From NCBI GenBank assembly GCA_031178475.1, contig JAPSIX010000001.1:1-51151 (forward strand): a DNA stretch of 51,151 nt, given 5' to 3'. This document shows, in pieces, positions 48,172-51,151 of the stretch. Source of the stretch: Microbacterium sp. (GTDB taxonomy: Bacteria; Actinomycetota; Actinomycetes; Actinomycetales; Microbacteriaceae). Position numbers and translations under genes: made by a program. Every line of letters starts with the position of its first letter. Position 1 is the stretch's first letter. The notes below the pieces were generated by a model. It saw only the letters and a program-made list of their open reading frames with translations. It ran no database searches and had not been told where the DNA came from.

Positions 48172-48331
48172 CGCCCTTCCGTGTGTCGATCCCGATTGGT
48201 AGAATGGGACCTAGGCGATACAAGTTAGCTACGCTGCCGCACCATCTGGATGTGGTGGTTGACAGTCCAGGGGAAACCGGCCCCCGGCACGTCCCTCCCG
48301 AAGAAGCGTCGCCTCCTGGGAGGACTGAGCC

Positions 48332-48718
48332 ATGCTCCGCATCATACTCGTCGCCAGCATCCGAACCCGCGGAATCCTGCGAGCCTGGCTACCCAGCAAC
48401 ATCCTGCTCGACCTCATCCGCACCCGCGAAGGCTTGAAGTGGGGCGTGTCGGCCATGCTCATCGCCGGGCCCTATCTCGCGCTCGCCCAGTGGGCCACCA
48501 CCATCGATCACGGCGGCCCCGGCTTCCTCCACCTGGTCTTCCTCGTGTGCGTGTGGTCAGCGTTCAAGTTCCTCATCATGGGGCCGATCAGCCTCGTCAC
48601 GCTGTTCATCGTGCGCGCCAAGGAACGTGCCCACTCCAGGCGCGTAGGAAACGAGGAGACTTCACACGCGGCCCCGCCGGCTTTCTCTCACGCAGTCATC
48701 ACGCAATCAAGCAGTTAA
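48332..48718 (+). CDS. Small membrane protein of unknown function
   Basis: GGAGG RBS; PSNILLD.IR.R.GLKWG; two to three TM segments. Confidence 0.65.
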   Translation: MLRIILVASIRTRGILRAWLPSNILLDLIRTREGLKWGVSAMLIAGPYLALAQWATTIDHGGPGFLHLVFLVCVWSAFKFLIMGPISLVTLFIVRAKERAHSRRVGNEETSHAAPPAFSHAVITQSSS

Positions 48719-48774
48719 GACGTGGATTGGTGTAGTTGAACGCCAGGGCCGACGGTCAGAGGAGCTCTGGCAAC

Positions 48775-48812
48775 GAGAGGAGGGCGGGCAGTAGTAGCTC
48801 CACCCTCCTCTC
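48775..48812. terminator. Hairpin between convergent genes
   Basis: GAGAGGAGGG...CCCTCCTCTC 10-bp stem. Confidence 0.45.
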
Positions 48813-48818
48813 CCAGTT

Positions 48819-49025
48819 CTACTTGGCAGTCGGCATCTCAATCAATAGGCAGTCATGCAGTTCGTCCAGATCGACGCGGATCAGACGTCCGACCCGATAT
48901 CCGTGAATGGTGCCGTCTGCGATTCTGCGCCGGAGCGTCTTGACCGAGACGCCGAACTGATCCGCGGCTTTCGCCAGCGACACCAATGTGGGTCGCGGTG
49001 AATCTGATCGAGTCCGAGCGTCCAT
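48819..49025 (-). CDS. Excisionase-like helix-turn-helix protein
   Basis: SLAKAADQFGVSVKTLRRRIADG.I.GYRVG.LIRV; immediately downstream of the integrase. Confidence 0.85.
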   Translation of the reverse strand: MDARTRSDSPRPTLVSLAKAADQFGVSVKTLRRRIADGTIHGYRVGRLIRVDLDELHDCLLIEMPTAK

Positions 49026-49029
49026 GGTC

Positions 49030-50375
49030 CTACCTTTCGATCGTCAACGAGTTGCTCTCCCTGCACAGGTGTCCATCGATGTCCGGCGAGGGCTCCGGCG
49101 GTTCGTTCTTCTTGACTGGGAGCTGGGCCTCGACGCGCTCGCTCATCCGGTTGGCCAGTTCCCGATCACGGGTCATCGTGGAGTGCTGGTAGCGGATCAC
49201 GACTCGCATGTCGGCGTGAACCCGCGTCGCATCAGCTCGGCCAACGTGGCACCCTTTTGCGCGAAGAGGGTCAGGCCGTGTGCCGGAGGTCGTGGAATCG
49301 GAAGCCGAGCGGCACGCTCTTGACGGCGTCTCGGGCATCACCCCAGAGATGACCCCACTTCGTGTGAGACAGGGGCACGCTGCCACGAATGCTGGATGGA
49401 ACCACTGGAGCCTTCGCCTCGGGGGCGACGTTATCCCGCAGATGGTCCTTGAGACGCTCCACCATGATCCGAGGAACGCTCAGCGTGCGCTTGCCGGCCT
49501 CGCTCTTCGGGTCCGACATCTCACCCGTGTTCGCGTTGAACTGCCTGCGCACATGTAGAGTCGCAGTGCCGTCGTCATGCCATTGGATATCCTGGCGCTG
49601 TATGCCAAGGCACTCACCACGGCGCAGCTGGCACCAAGCGGCAAGCAGGACCATGATCGAATACAGATCCGGCGTCGCCTCGTGGAGGGCTTCGACCTGC
49701 TCCGGAGTCACGACGTCATCCTCTGGATCATGATCGGAATCATGTCGCACCGACTCCTGCTTGGGGATCGAGATGGGAGGTGCCGCCGGGATGTTCCCGT
49801 CGCGAGCAGCTTGTCGCAGGATCATCATGAGCACGATCAGCACCGGACGGGTGATGCCGTTGAACTTCGACTTCGGATTCAGCGGCGCCGGGATCTGATC
49901 CAGACGACGGGTCATGACCCGAATGCGAGCCATGTCAATGTGCCGGATCTCTGTATCGCCGAACTCGGGAATCAGGTATCCAGTGACCTTGCTCTTGTAG
50001 GAACGCACCGTGGCGATCGCCCGCTTCTTTCCCCCGGTGTCGGTTCGAGACGAATGAACTCGATCCAGCGCTCGGCGTACTCGGCGAAGCCGATCGACCT
50101 CGCTTCCTCGGCTTCCGCATCCGCTCGACGCCGAGCTGCGACGATCGAGGGTGGCTCCCATTCACCCCGCGCGATCTTCGTGTGCACGCCCGCGGGCCAT
50201 GTGCGGGCGTCCGTCTTCGTGAGGAATGTCAGCGGCTTGTCGTCCTCTTTGCGGGCCGGGTACATCTCCCCGTCAGGAGCCGGGTAGCGGGCCTGCAACC
50301 GGCCCGAGGGAAGCTTTCGGAGGCTTCCCAAGTCTCTCGCTTCGTCGCCGTCTCTTGCTTCGTCGTGGTGCTCAT
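49030..50375 (-). pseudogene. Tyrosine integrase with at least four frameshifts
   Basis: GSLRKLPSGR.QARY arm-binding N-terminus, LRRGECLG, PKSEAG, FHDLRH, H..M....RYQH spread over several frames; breaks near 50330, 50040, 49275 and 49220. Confidence 0.88.
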
Positions 50376-50415
50376 CGTGCCCTCCAGGTGCCGCGAATGG
50401 ACTCACGCGGACCGT

Positions 50416-50540
50416 CGTGCCACTCCGTGCCACTAGCCCGTGCGAAGCCTTCAAACCGGCTTTCCACCTGGTCTTTTGCGGGATCCGAGGCGAAATCTAT
50501 GGCACGGCTGGAAGGTGCACGCGTGCCACCCCCGTGCCAT
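50416..50540. repeat. Five CGTGCCA(C/T) repeats; putative integrase arm-type sites
   Basis: Direct pairs at 50416/50426 and 50522/50533; inverted copy at 50499-50506. Confidence 0.65.
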
Positions 50541-50597
50541 ACCGAACGGATATTGACGTCCATCTCTGTCCTCCTCTGTTCATCGAGAGAAGGCACG

Positions 50598-50638
50598 AAA
50601 AAAGGCCCGGACCTGCAGAAACCTGCAGGTCCGGGCCT
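50598..50638 (-). terminator. Rho-independent terminator downstream of nrdF
   Basis: Perfect 16-bp stem AGGCCCGGACCTGCAG/CTGCAGGTCCGGGCCT, 4-nt loop, T-tract on the minus strand. Confidence 0.85.
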
Positions 50639-50677
50639 CCCATCAGCCCTTTCGGGCCTCAAGCAAGCGCTGGAGTC

Positions 50678-51151
<474 letters not shown>

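Overview
High-GC actinobacterial DNA (Micrococcales-like). Nearly the whole window is the right-hand part of a decaying genomic island abutting the 3' end of the core gene nrdF (50678-51151). At that junction are a multiply frameshifted tyrosine integrase, an excisionase-like gene and candidate arm-type repeats. The cargo is a mosaic of small regulator-effector modules (17 transcription-regulator genes or remnants): three NarL-type two-component/ABC exporter modules, several MFS pumps, detox enzymes, a Phd/RelE-like toxin-antitoxin pair, an IS481-like end, a broken DDE insertion sequence and many pseudogenes. The best candidate for an undescribed system is a MarR-SNF2 helicase-cysteine-less SWIM-like operon that shares an operator with a divergent DHA2 efflux pump (32952-37229). 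Also notable are a WYL-linked RidA-DUF488-DUF4186 unit, a 37-bp direct repeat marking a 7.4-kb insertion at the end of a response-regulator gene, and an MFS-flavodoxin-like fusion. All family calls are from motif recognition by eye; no database search was run.
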